Origin: Cyanobacteria bacterium J06623_7
GTDB lineage: Bacteria; Cyanobacteriota; Cyanobacteriia; Cyanobacteriales; Xenococcaceae
NCBI GenBank assembly: GCA_038524555.1
Contig: JBCBIN010000001.1
Span: 1-35,378, forward strand
DNA length: 35,378 nt
Reading direction: 5' to 3'
The position numbers were made by a program, and so were the translations under genes. Positions within the stretch are counted from its first letter, which is position 1; each line of letters starts with the position of its first letter. The notes beneath the pieces were generated by a model that had not been told where the DNA came from, made no database searches, and saw nothing but the letters and a program-made list of their open reading frames with translations. This document shows positions 1-8,717 of this stretch, piece after piece.

Positions 1-30
1 ATTTCCGCTTAACACAAAAAAATTGCCAAT

Positions 31-540
31 TTACCGTTCGACGGCGTACCCATTAAGCGATTTGGGAATATCAATTGCCGGCTTATCTAAAGCAACTGCT
101 AACATCACTTCATTAGCAGTATTTTGTCCTGGATTGGGAGACTGAGCCAACCTCCATCCTGGTTCGCTACCGGGAACTAAACCCATAATCGTGGCGACAA
201 CAGTAGCGGCGACCGCACTACTACCCAAAGCTAACCGACGTAGGTGACGACGGCGTTCTAAAGATTGAAATACTCGTCCGGTAATCTCATCGGCAGAGCA
301 GTTACTGACCGGAACTTCTAATGTCTGTATTTGACTCTGGAGAGCTAAGAGTCTCATGTAAAGAGCCTTACTTTGAGGATCGTTATCGAGCCACCCCTGC
401 ACCTGTTGTTTCTCTAACGCCGATAGCTCATCGTCGATATAGGCGCTGATTAGTTCAAAGCGATCAAGATCTGACGGGGGTTGGTTTACTGAGCCCGGTA
501 TCAATTTATCGTGCTCAAAATTTTCAGATGGCGATGTCAT
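31..540 (-). CDS. Anti-sigma factor cognate to SigG (N-terminal anti-sigma domain, single TM helix)
   Basis: N-terminal 'FELISAYIDDELS..E...V..WL' anti-sigma (zf-HC2-like) motif. Hydrophobic segment LALGSSAVAATVVATIMGLV follows a basic run. Lies directly downstream of an ECF sigma factor. Confidence 0.8.
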   Translation of the reverse strand: MTSPSENFEHDKLIPGSVNQPPSDLDRFELISAYIDDELSALEKQQVQGWLDNDPQSKALYMRLLALQSQIQTLEVPVSNCSADEITGRVFQSLERRRHLRRLALGSSAVAATVVATIMGLVPGSEPGWRLAQSPNPGQNTANEVMLAVALDKPAIDIPKSLNGYAVER

Positions 541-814
541 TTTGGCACTACCTCGATAAGAAATTAATCAATAAAAATTTGCTTCGACATCATAATTCGA
601 GCATTTGACCGTAGTTTGTCGGGGGAGGTGACTACGGAATAAAAAGAGCGCTGTGGGTAAGAATCTTCTGTTTGGAAGAAGGCAATTTTGACTGCCCGCT
701 CTTCCCCAGAAAACTGCTCGATCTGATGCAATCATTTCGTAATAATTTTAAGTTAATTAAAATTAGCTGATTCAGCCAATTTAGCGCGCAAAATTTACCC
801 AATTAATTACCAAT

Positions 815-1471
815 TTACTCTTCATCAAGATAGTTTTGCAACACCGATTGCAGCTTTAATCTAGCTCGGGCAATACGGGATTTGACTGTACCCAAAGAAA
901 CCCCCGTCATCTCCGCTATTTGTTCGTAAGGTAAGCCTTCAATTTCTCTGAGCACAATGGTCGTCCGAAATGTTTCCGGCAGCTGAGAGATAGCTTTCTG
1001 TAGGTGGTCGTAGAACTCTTGAGTGGCCAGGTCGTCATTCGGACTGGGGGCTTTGTCGGGAAGTTCCCAACTCATTTCGCCGTCTTCGACATACCGTGGG
1101 GCATCGAGAGATAGGGGAGGGGCGACGCGCTTGCGCTTACGTAGCTCATCATAAAAAAGATTGGTGGCAATTCGACTTAACCAGCCGCGAAACTTAGCGG
1201 GATCCTGTAGTCTATTGATATTGCGATACACGCGAATCCATACTTCTTGAGCCAGGTCCGCTCTTTCTTGCCAGTCTGGAGCTAGATGATAAAACAGACG
1301 GTTGAGATGAGACTGATATCTCCGTACTAATTCAGCAAAGGCGGCCTTATCCGGCTTGGCATCTGCTTGGCAGAAAACAATTAGCTCGTAGTTAGCCAGT
1401 TTTTCAGGAGAAACTAGATGGCGATCGGTCATTTTTGCTTCTGACCAGGATGCAGAAAGAGATAAACTCAT
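815..1471 (-). CDS. sigG: ECF (RpoE-type) RNA polymerase sigma factor SigG
   Basis: Region 2 'DLAQEVWIRVYRNI..L..PAKFRGWLSRIATNLFYDELRKRKR' and region 4 'LREIEGLPYEQIAEMTGVSLGTVKSRIARAR'. ATG at 1471 (MSLSLS) is preferred over the TTG at 1489 used by the ORF track. Confidence 0.9.
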   Translation of the reverse strand: MSLSLSASWSEAKMTDRHLVSPEKLANYELIVFCQADAKPDKAAFAELVRRYQSHLNRLFYHLAPDWQERADLAQEVWIRVYRNINRLQDPAKFRGWLSRIATNLFYDELRKRKRVAPPLSLDAPRYVEDGEMSWELPDKAPSPNDDLATQEFYDHLQKAISQLPETFRTTIVLREIEGLPYEQIAEMTGVSLGTVKSRIARARLKLQSVLQNYLDEE

Positions 1472-1519
1472 GTGATTAATTAACCTCAAACCTCAGTATA
1501 GACTTTCTGTCTGTGTTTA

Positions 1520-1547
1520 TAGACTAGAAGATAATTACAAATGTTCC
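1520..1547 (-). promoter_or_regulatory. Putative ECF/SigG-dependent (autoregulatory) promoter
   Basis: Minus strand reads GGAAC-N18-GTCTA (GGAAC at 1547-1543, GTCTA at 1524-1520), about 50 nt upstream of the sigG ATG. This matches the RpoE-class -35/-10 pattern. Confidence 0.7.
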
Positions 1548-1627
1548 AGCAGCCTTGATTCGGTCTACCACATCTTTAGCAAGAGGACTATTTTCGGAAA
1601 AGATTGAAAGAAGTTAACCTATTGCCT

Positions 1628-2161
1628 CTATTGTTCGTAGTTAGGGGCATAATCCTTCAACAGACTACTCAACTGACTGGCCATGTTCGACTCATTTTTA
1701 CTGCCAATTGCCTGTCTTTCAGGGAAAAACTCCGGTCGATCCAAATAACGGGCGATCGCTTCAGTTACCTGCTTTTGGATTAGACTTTGCAGCTCTTGTC
1801 GGGCGCGCTGACGCTGATAGTTAGCTCCTTCTTCTGTCGTCGCATAGAGCGGAGGCAAACGGTTGAGGGCGTAGGCGGCAATGTCCCCCACGTCTAGGGA
1901 CGAATCGCTAGTCTGTTCGATTTCCGCCACACGGGTAATCGCCTCGCTGAGAACTAATTCCTCCATCACGTTGATAAACTGTTTCCGAGGGACGGCGACA
2001 ACTTCTCCCGTCAGCAGCGACCCCATCAGCTTATCTAAGGCCATGTATTCTTCGACTGATAGTTCGGCTGCTGTATCACAAATCCTGCCGACTTCAGCCT
2101 CCATGCTGGGGGTTAGATAGCCATCTTGCAAAGCCTGTTCGACGATTGAATTAATTCCCAT
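1628..2161 (-). CDS. cdgR: ComFB-family protein, cyanobacterial c-di-GMP receptor CdgR-like
   Basis: N-terminus 'IVEQALQDGYLTPSMEAEV' and ComFB core 'INVMEELV...DIAAYALNRLPPLYATT'. Confidence 0.8.
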   Translation of the reverse strand: MGINSIVEQALQDGYLTPSMEAEVGRICDTAAELSVEEYMALDKLMGSLLTGEVVAVPRKQFINVMEELVLSEAITRVAEIEQTSDSSLDVGDIAAYALNRLPPLYATTEEGANYQRQRARQELQSLIQKQVTEAIARYLDRPEFFPERQAIGSKNESNMASQLSSLLKDYAPNYEQ

Positions 2162-2337
2162 AGTTATTAAGAGCGATTTGAAACCAAAAATTGAAATTAT
2201 ACCGATCAGGGACGGACGGAGTAAATTGAGCTAATCCTCCGAACTATCTTAATCTCTATTTCCTAGAATCGAAAAGATATATCAGTCGGTTGGGTTAACT
2301 TGAGATTGAGTACCGGTAAAAGCGATCGCTTTCGGTG

Positions 2338-3189
2338 CTAGTCGATCGCGCCAAAACGCCAGGGCACGGGGTCAACTGCCACCTGATTGACGTACAAACC
2401 CCAGTGAAGATGGGGACCAGTAGAAGCACCGGTAGAGCCTATTGTGCCCACTTGCTGTCCCGCCTTAACTACAGTTCCTTCTGTGACGTTGATATCCTGA
2501 AGGTGCATAAAAATACTCAGAACCCCCTGTCCGTGGTCGATACCTACCACATTGCCGTGGACATGAAAACCGGCGTCCTCGTGTCCAATCAGCCGAACCT
2601 GACCGGCAGCAGGAGCAATTACGGGGGAACCATAACCCCCCGCATAGTCAACTCCCTTGTGATAGTAATCCCGAGCAAAAACATTATTGTAGTAACGTCT
2701 CACTCCAAAAACAGTTGAAACCCGATGAGGATTGGGTCGTAGAAAACTACCCTGCCAGAATTTCTTGGGGGTTACTAGCTGTTTAAATTCCGACACCCGA
2801 TCTAGCTCTAGTTGAGTTGCCGGACGAGAAGCCTTACCGCTCAACCAGATCCGCTGAGTGGGAAAAGTACGATTTTTCAGCCAGAGGCCAATGTTGCTGG
2901 TACGTTGGTCTCCCGTCACCGCTACCGTCATTTTTCCAGGCACATCGAGGGGAGAAGTGGGAATAAAAGCGCGATATTTACCGTTACTTTTAAATAGAGG
3001 GTGAGACTGCTGACCGACCTTAAGGGTAGGAACGCTTTGGGGATCGTCAGTGGTTACCACTACCGAAATTGTGTCTCCCTGCTGGGGAGATTGAGGTGAA
3101 ATCTCTACTTCTAGAGCGCGAACGGGAAGAGCGATCGCCGAAAGGGTAGCGGCAATTACGGTCAAACAAGGACGAAAACGATCGGTCAT
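2338..3189 (-). CDS. Secreted M23-family metallopeptidase
   Basis: Signal-peptide-like N-terminus. Zn motifs HKGVD (HxxxD) and 'STGPHLHW' (HxH). Confidence 0.9.
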   Translation of the reverse strand: MTDRFRPCLTVIAATLSAIALPVRALEVEISPQSPQQGDTISVVVTTDDPQSVPTLKVGQQSHPLFKSNGKYRAFIPTSPLDVPGKMTVAVTGDQRTSNIGLWLKNRTFPTQRIWLSGKASRPATQLELDRVSEFKQLVTPKKFWQGSFLRPNPHRVSTVFGVRRYYNNVFARDYYHKGVDYAGGYGSPVIAPAAGQVRLIGHEDAGFHVHGNVVGIDHGQGVLSIFMHLQDINVTEGTVVKAGQQVGTIGSTGASTGPHLHWGLYVNQVAVDPVPWRFGAID

Positions 3190-3414
3190 ACTAATTGTTG
3201 GGGCGTTGACTAGCAGATACCAATCTAAATTCTATTTTAACTTTTGCCAAACTGACTTGATTGTTGCGAATTATAATTGTTGATCGCAGAAAGGGAGCCA
3301 GTTTTTTGTAGGATATTGATATGGGGCTGCCTTCGCGGTTAACTTTGACTCAGAATTAGCAGAGTCGCAATAATTCCTCCAGGAATTTTTTTTAATTAAA
3401 AATTTTTAGTATCA

Positions 3415-5457
3415 ATGAGTATTTCACAATCGGTGGTGCAGCAGTTACTCGATAATTGCCCTGACTGGCGACCGCAAATGTACTTTAAGTCCTCCCTCAC
3501 AGCTCTATCTCACGCGATGGAGGACTTGGTATTAAATGATTCTGATACTCCCTTAGTGATTGCTAGCTTCCAGCGCGAGCGTTTCTATCGCCAGGAATCC
3601 CATCGTTATAAGCGGATTGCCGATAAATCTGAACAGGTATACGTTCTGGCTGCTCCTGAAACTGATTTCTGCCACAGTTCTCAAGCTTACGAAACCATCG
3701 CCTTTACCCCTGATGATGCTTTAGCTCAAGAGTGGCATCTGGTCATTATTGGTCAGCACTATGCCAGCTGCTTGATTTGCCGGGAGCGTAATATTCCCAT
3801 GACCGAAAATAAATACGTTTCCGCCATGGACACCAACCGACGCTTTGAAGGAGTCTGGACCTTTGACCGTGAGGTAACCTTAGCGGCAGGTAGAATTATG
3901 CTAGAGCGAATCGGAGTGTATCGACCGGAATTAGCAGCTAAGATAGCGAACGCCGAAGATCTCTACTTCGATAGTGCCAAGACAGACAACGCCACTCCGG
4001 GCATCCAGCTTAAATCTCCCCTTGCCAATCCCGATCCCTTTGTCCAGAGACTGGTGACCTATCTTCAAGCCAGTCAGTATAAGCTCCTCAAAGCCAATAA
4101 GAGTTTGGCGGTGAAGCAACAAAAAGAGCAGTTACTCAATTCTGTCACCGATGCGGTGCGAAGATCCCTCAACACCAAGCAGATTCTTCAGGTTGCCGTA
4201 CAAAAGTTAGGAGAAGGAGTCGGAGTCTGTCGCTGTATTATCTATCGCTGTCATGAAAACGACCGGGTGGCAACGGTGGATCGAGAATACATCCGCCCAG
4301 GGATCGATTCGGTGCGGGGACAAAGATGGCAACTGGTGGACAATCCCCTATTTGCAGAGGCGGTATCGACTACCGAAACAGTTAGCGTGAATAATGTTCA
4401 GGAAGATGAACGCCTGAGGACACTAGAGGGGGAGAGTAAAGAATTTTTTGCCAATCTAATTGATAACTACGGCATTGCTTCTTGGCTACTTGTGCCAATT
4501 TTTTATCATGGTCGTCTTTTAGGAGTCTTTGAACTACATCACTGCAACCCAGATCCCCTTAACTGGAATCGCGATGATATCAATTTAGTCGATGCGATCG
4601 CCACCCAGGTGGGAATTGCCCTAATCCAAGCCGAAGCCTATGCCGATTTGGAAGATTTAAACGAACAGCTAGAGGCTTTAGACCGTACCCGCTCGAACTT
4701 GGTGGCAATTGTCGGCCACGAACTCCGTACTCCTCTATCGACGATTCAGGTTTGTTTGGAAAGCCTGGCTAGCGAACCAGATATGGCCTCAGAACTGAGC
4801 CAGATTATGCTCGATACAGCCTTAAAGGATGCCGAACGTATGCGTAACCTCGTCCAGGACTTTCTGACCCTTTCTCGTCTGGAGGGTGGGGGAATCGAAT
4901 GGAATATTGAAACCCTCTCGGTAAGCGAATGTATTGACCTGGCCATTAGCAACGTCAAAGCCCGGCAGCCAGAATCGTCGATGCCTCAAATTGACAACTT
5001 GACTTCCCCCGATGATGTGCCCCTAATTGAAATTGATGGCGAGTGGTTAGTGGAAGTATTAGCCAAGCTGCTAGATAACGCCTGCAAGTTTACTCAGGCT
5101 GATGGTCAAATTGCGATCGCAGTCAAAACTAACGGCGGCAAAACTTTAGAGGTTACCGTTGCCGATACGGGACGGGGCATTGAAGTCGGCAGCCTCGAAA
5201 CGGTTTTTGATCGCTTCTATCAAGAGGAAGGAGCATTAAGGCGTAGCACTGGCGGAACCGGCTTGGGTCTGGCTATTTGCCGCCAAATCGTCAAAAATTG
5301 GGGCGGGACAATTTGGGCAGAATCTCCGGGAAAAGATCGAGGCAGCATCTTTCATTTTACCATCCCCTTCCAAGCCTCTAAGCATAAATCCCAGCTTAAC
5401 AATTCCCTCTCGGCAAAATACCGGCAAAGCATCAAAAAAAGTAACAAAAAGCAATAG
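3415..5457 (+). CDS. DICT-GAF sensor histidine kinase
   Basis: DICT N-terminus 'YFKSSLTALSHAMEDLV..ASFQRERFYRQE', central GAF domain, H-box 'GHELRTPL', 'LLDNACKFT', 'DTGRGI', 'GTGLGLAIC'. Confidence 0.9.
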   Translation: MSISQSVVQQLLDNCPDWRPQMYFKSSLTALSHAMEDLVLNDSDTPLVIASFQRERFYRQESHRYKRIADKSEQVYVLAAPETDFCHSSQAYETIAFTPDDALAQEWHLVIIGQHYASCLICRERNIPMTENKYVSAMDTNRRFEGVWTFDREVTLAAGRIMLERIGVYRPELAAKIANAEDLYFDSAKTDNATPGIQLKSPLANPDPFVQRLVTYLQASQYKLLKANKSLAVKQQKEQLLNSVTDAVRRSLNTKQILQVAVQKLGEGVGVCRCIIYRCHENDRVATVDREYIRPGIDSVRGQRWQLVDNPLFAEAVSTTETVSVNNVQEDERLRTLEGESKEFFANLIDNYGIASWLLVPIFYHGRLLGVFELHHCNPDPLNWNRDDINLVDAIATQVGIALIQAEAYADLEDLNEQLEALDRTRSNLVAIVGHELRTPLSTIQVCLESLASEPDMASELSQIMLDTALKDAERMRNLVQDFLTLSRLEGGGIEWNIETLSVSECIDLAISNVKARQPESSMPQIDNLTSPDDVPLIEIDGEWLVEVLAKLLDNACKFTQADGQIAIAVKTNGGKTLEVTVADTGRGIEVGSLETVFDRFYQEEGALRRSTGGTGLGLAICRQIVKNWGGTIWAESPGKDRGSIFHFTIPFQASKHKSQLNNSLSAKYRQSIKKSNKKQ

Positions 5458-5468
5458 AACTAAATACT

Positions 5469-5519
5469 GTTACAGTTTTTGACACACTCATAAAATTGCC
5501 GCAAAGCGAATGATAGGAT
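5469..5519 (+). promoter_or_regulatory. psaD promoter with HLR1 (RpaB)-like direct repeat and extended -10
   Basis: GTTACAGT-TT-TTGACACA at 5469-5486 resembles (G/T)TTACA(T/A)(T/A)-N2 repeats. TGA-TAGGAT lies at 5511-5519. PSI gene promoters are known RpaB targets. Confidence 0.55.
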
Positions 5520-5555
5520 GCGCTAAATACCTTTAATTGAGGATTTTTAATTAAC

Positions 5556-5990
5556 ATGTCAGAAGAAATCAAGCTTTCTGGGAAAACTCCCCAGTTTGGT
5601 GGCAGCACGGGTGGCTTACTCACCAAGGCGGAAGTAGAAGAAAAGTACGCTATCACCTGGACTAGCAGCAAAGAGCAGGTCTTTGAAATGCCCACGGGCG
5701 GTGCGGCAATTATGAATGAAGGAGAAAATTTACTTTATTTAGCCCGTAAAGAACAGTGTTTGGCTTTGGGTACCCAGCTGCGAACTAAGTTCAAGCCCAG
5801 AATTCAGGACTACAAAATATACCGTATCTTCCCGAGCGGCGAAACTCAGTATCTACATCCCGCAGATGGCGTATTTCCTGAGAAAGTCAACGAAGGTCGG
5901 GAATACAAAGGCAAAAAAGATCGTCGCATCGGTCAAAATCCTCAGCCGGCTACGATCAAGTTTTCCGGGAAAGCTCCTTACGAAGTCTGA
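5556..5990 (+). CDS. psaD: Photosystem I reaction centre subunit II
   Basis: '[22 protein letters not shown]', '[10 protein letters not shown]' and '[15 protein letters not shown]'. Confidence 0.98.
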   Translation: MSEEIKLSGKTPQFGGSTGGLLTKAEVEEKYAITWTSSKEQVFEMPTGGAAIMNEGENLLYLARKEQCLALGTQLRTKFKPRIQDYKIYRIFPSGETQYLHPADGVFPEKVNEGREYKGKKDRRIGQNPQPATIKFSGKAPYEV

Positions 5991-6009
5991 TCGGCTAGCA
6001 GATAAACTA

Positions 6010-6058
6010 AAGAAGGATGAAGAACGAACTAAGTTCTAGACTTGTCCTTCTTTTTTTT
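6010..6058 (+). terminator. Probable intrinsic terminator after psaD
   Basis: AAGAAGGA...TCCTTCTT stem enclosing GAAC-TAA-GTTC, followed by a T tract. The stem is imperfect. Confidence 0.5.
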
Positions 6059-6123
6059 GTCATTTACGGCAGTAAGAAGACCGCCCGCTTCTTCATTCAT
6101 CCTTTATCCTTGAGCCTTTTTCA

Positions 6124-7659
6124 ATGATTTTTCCTAATTTCGAGCGGTTTGCCGAACTCGCCCAGCAGGGTAATTTTATCCCGGTATATCAAGAATTAGT
6201 CGCCGATTTAGAAACTCCCGTATCTGCTTGGTATAAGGTCTGTGCGGGACAGCCCTACAACTTTCTTTTAGAATCGGTCGAGGGAGAAGAAAAGTTAGGT
6301 CGCTATAGCTTTTTAGGTTGCGATCCGATGTGGATTTTGTCTGCTCGGGGAGAAACTACCACTCAAACCCACCGAGATGGTTCTGTCGAAGAATTTACCG
6401 GCAATCCGTTTGAAATTTGCGATCGCTGCCTCGCACCCATTAAGCCCGTCAAGCTACCCCAGCTACCCCCGGGAATTGGTGGTTTATTTGGAGTTTGGGG
6501 TTATGAACTCATCCCCTGGATCGAGCCAAAAGTGCCAGTCAATCCCATTACCGCCGATGATCTGCCCGACGGTGTGTGGATGCAGGTAGACAATCTGATT
6601 ATTTTCGACCAGGTAAAGCGCAAAATCTGGGCTATTGCCTATGCCGATCTGCGAGATGAAAGTCAGAGTCTCGAACAAGCGTACCGGTTAGCCGGCGATC
6701 GCGTAACCAAGCTGATGCTCAAACTACAACTTCCCCTCCCGATTGAGGCCAAAGCATTAGCCTGGAAAAATCCCGAGCAAACTGCCTCCACTGAAAATGC
6801 AGGGATAGTTTACTGCAGCAATACCGATAAACAGCTCTTTTGCGACAATGTTAAGAAAGTAAAAGACTATATTCATGCCGGAGACATCTTTCAAACAGTT
6901 CTCTCACAAAAGCTATCGACAATCTATCAAGGACATCCGTTTAATCTTTACCGTTCTCTGCGTTTAGTTAACCCCTCTCCCTATATGAGCTACTATCAGT
7001 TTGGTGACTGGCAGTTAATTGGCTCTTCTCCTGAGGTAATGGTCAAAGCCGATCTCCAAGAAGACGGTAAGCTAATGGCTACCCTCCGACCCATTGCGGG
7101 CACCCGTCCTCGTGGTCAGACCAGCCAGGAAGATGAAGCTCTAGCACGGGACTTATTAGCCGATCCCAAAGAAGTTGCCGAACACATTATGCTGGTGGAT
7201 TTAGGTCGCAACGATCTGGGTCGAGTCTGCGTCAAAGGAAGCGTCACGGTAGACGAGCTCATGACTATCGAACGCTACTCCCATGTCATGCACATTGTCA
7301 GTAATGTGGTGGGAGAAATCGAGACTGGTAAAACCGCCTGGGATTTACTCAAAGCCTGTTTTCCCGCCGGCACAGTGAGCGGTGCGCCCAAGATTAGAGC
7401 GATGGAAATTATTCACGAACTAGAGCCAGAAAGAAGAGGTCCTTATTCGGGAGTATATGGCTACTATGACTTTGAAGGGCAGTTAAATAGCGCTATTACC
7501 ATCAGAAGCATGATCGTGCGTCCCTACCAAGATAATCAATGTATGGTTTCCGTTCAATCGGGAGCGGGAATGGTGGCGGATTCCGTGCCAGAATCAGAGT
7601 ATCAGGAGACTCTCAATAAGGCGAGGGGCTTACTGGAGGCAATCAAAAGTATTAATTGA
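6124..7659 (+). CDS. trpE: Anthranilate synthase component I
   Basis: 'FLLESVEG', 'NPSPYM', 'GSSPE', 'RPIAGTRPRG', 'EHIMLVDLGRNDLGRV' and 'FPAGTVSGAPKIRAM'. Confidence 0.95.
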   Translation: MIFPNFERFAELAQQGNFIPVYQELVADLETPVSAWYKVCAGQPYNFLLESVEGEEKLGRYSFLGCDPMWILSARGETTTQTHRDGSVEEFTGNPFEICDRCLAPIKPVKLPQLPPGIGGLFGVWGYELIPWIEPKVPVNPITADDLPDGVWMQVDNLIIFDQVKRKIWAIAYADLRDESQSLEQAYRLAGDRVTKLMLKLQLPLPIEAKALAWKNPEQTASTENAGIVYCSNTDKQLFCDNVKKVKDYIHAGDIFQTVLSQKLSTIYQGHPFNLYRSLRLVNPSPYMSYYQFGDWQLIGSSPEVMVKADLQEDGKLMATLRPIAGTRPRGQTSQEDEALARDLLADPKEVAEHIMLVDLGRNDLGRVCVKGSVTVDELMTIERYSHVMHIVSNVVGEIETGKTAWDLLKACFPAGTVSGAPKIRAMEIIHELEPERRGPYSGVYGYYDFEGQLNSAITIRSMIVRPYQDNQCMVSVQSGAGMVADSVPESEYQETLNKARGLLEAIKSIN

Positions 7660-8041
7660 AAAAGTCAATCTAAAAAGAAAAAAATTATAGTTAATTTCAA
7701 TTTAGCGGTAACTTTTGGGCAGAATAAGGCTGAAATAAATCGCTTAACTTAAACAAGCATATTAGCCAGCCGAGATTGCCCGTTCCCTCTAACAGTTTCG
7801 CTAAATAGCATCTAATTTGAGATGGCACATCAACTATCGACTGAACTATGATGTATAAGCCGGTCATTAAGACTATGACAGCACCGTTTTTCCTAATTAA
7901 ACAATTAGAACGGATCATAGGGTTAGCTCTGTGCCGTCGATCTTCTCAGTTTGGTTATTATTTGGGCTCAAACTAAGATAACCTCAGTTCCTCAGATTGC
8001 AAAATCCCGTGTCTACAAGCAGTATCAGTAAACTAAAATCG

Positions 8042-8659
8042 ATGACTGAACTAACTCAAGATTTACCCTTGGCTCAAGCTCGCTCTTTGATGGATAGTTA
8101 TGCTTTTGATTTGGGAGGAGATGATGTTATTGAATTACTAGACGATTGGCTAAATTTATATAGCCCCAATTGGATTAGACTGGCGACTATTGAAGCACTT
8201 TACCAAGGACGTTACAAAGCAATCTCGATCGAACAGATTCTCAAAGTCTGGTTGCGGCTGGGCACCCCTAACCCTCACTTTACTTATGAGTTTGAACGCC
8301 TAATTTGTCGCAAGTTACCCAATCATCTCAGCGATTTTTCTAGTTTTAATAGCAGCACATTTGAGCCAGATAACCACGATGGGGATTGGCAGCCAGCCGA
8401 TTTATCTACCGAGACAGTCAAGCAAACAGCAACGGCAAGTATTGGCAACGGCAATGCAGACAAGATTTATCCACAAATTACTAATTCAGAACCTAGCACT
8501 GCTTTGATGTCTAGCTGGGGCTTATCCTACAGCCCGATCTGGTCTGATTTCACCGAAGGTAGCCGAATGATTCATCAGTTTATTCCCCTGCCGGATGTAT
8601 CTTCGTTTTTTGCGCGCCTGAAAACTTTTGGTGAAGAGAAACTAGAGAATAGTAACTAG
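8042..8659 (+). CDS. Conserved cyanobacterial hypothetical protein (N-terminal helical domain, possibly DnaD-like)
   Basis: Long ORF whose N-half '[25 protein letters not shown]' I recognise as conserved in cyanobacteria, followed by a low-complexity C-half. ATG at 8042 is preferred over TTG at 7997. Confidence 0.7.
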   Translation: MTELTQDLPLAQARSLMDSYAFDLGGDDVIELLDDWLNLYSPNWIRLATIEALYQGRYKAISIEQILKVWLRLGTPNPHFTYEFERLICRKLPNHLSDFSSFNSSTFEPDNHDGDWQPADLSTETVKQTATASIGNGNADKIYPQITNSEPSTALMSSWGLSYSPIWSDFTEGSRMIHQFIPLPDVSSFFARLKTFGEEKLENSN

Positions 8660-8717
8660 AAAGACAGCAATCTATATTACAATATGTAAAGTAACCGCTG
8701 TAAGAACGAAAAATTTA

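Noticed and set aside
1881-2997. Plus-strand ORFs 1881-2120, 2335-2718 and 2812-2997
   Set aside because: Antisense shadows of cdgR and the M23 peptidase, with no recognisable motifs.
7697-7918. 73-aa minus-strand ORF in the trpE-hypothetical spacer
   Set aside because: No recognisable family or clear RBS. It cannot be supported, though a small protein is not excluded.
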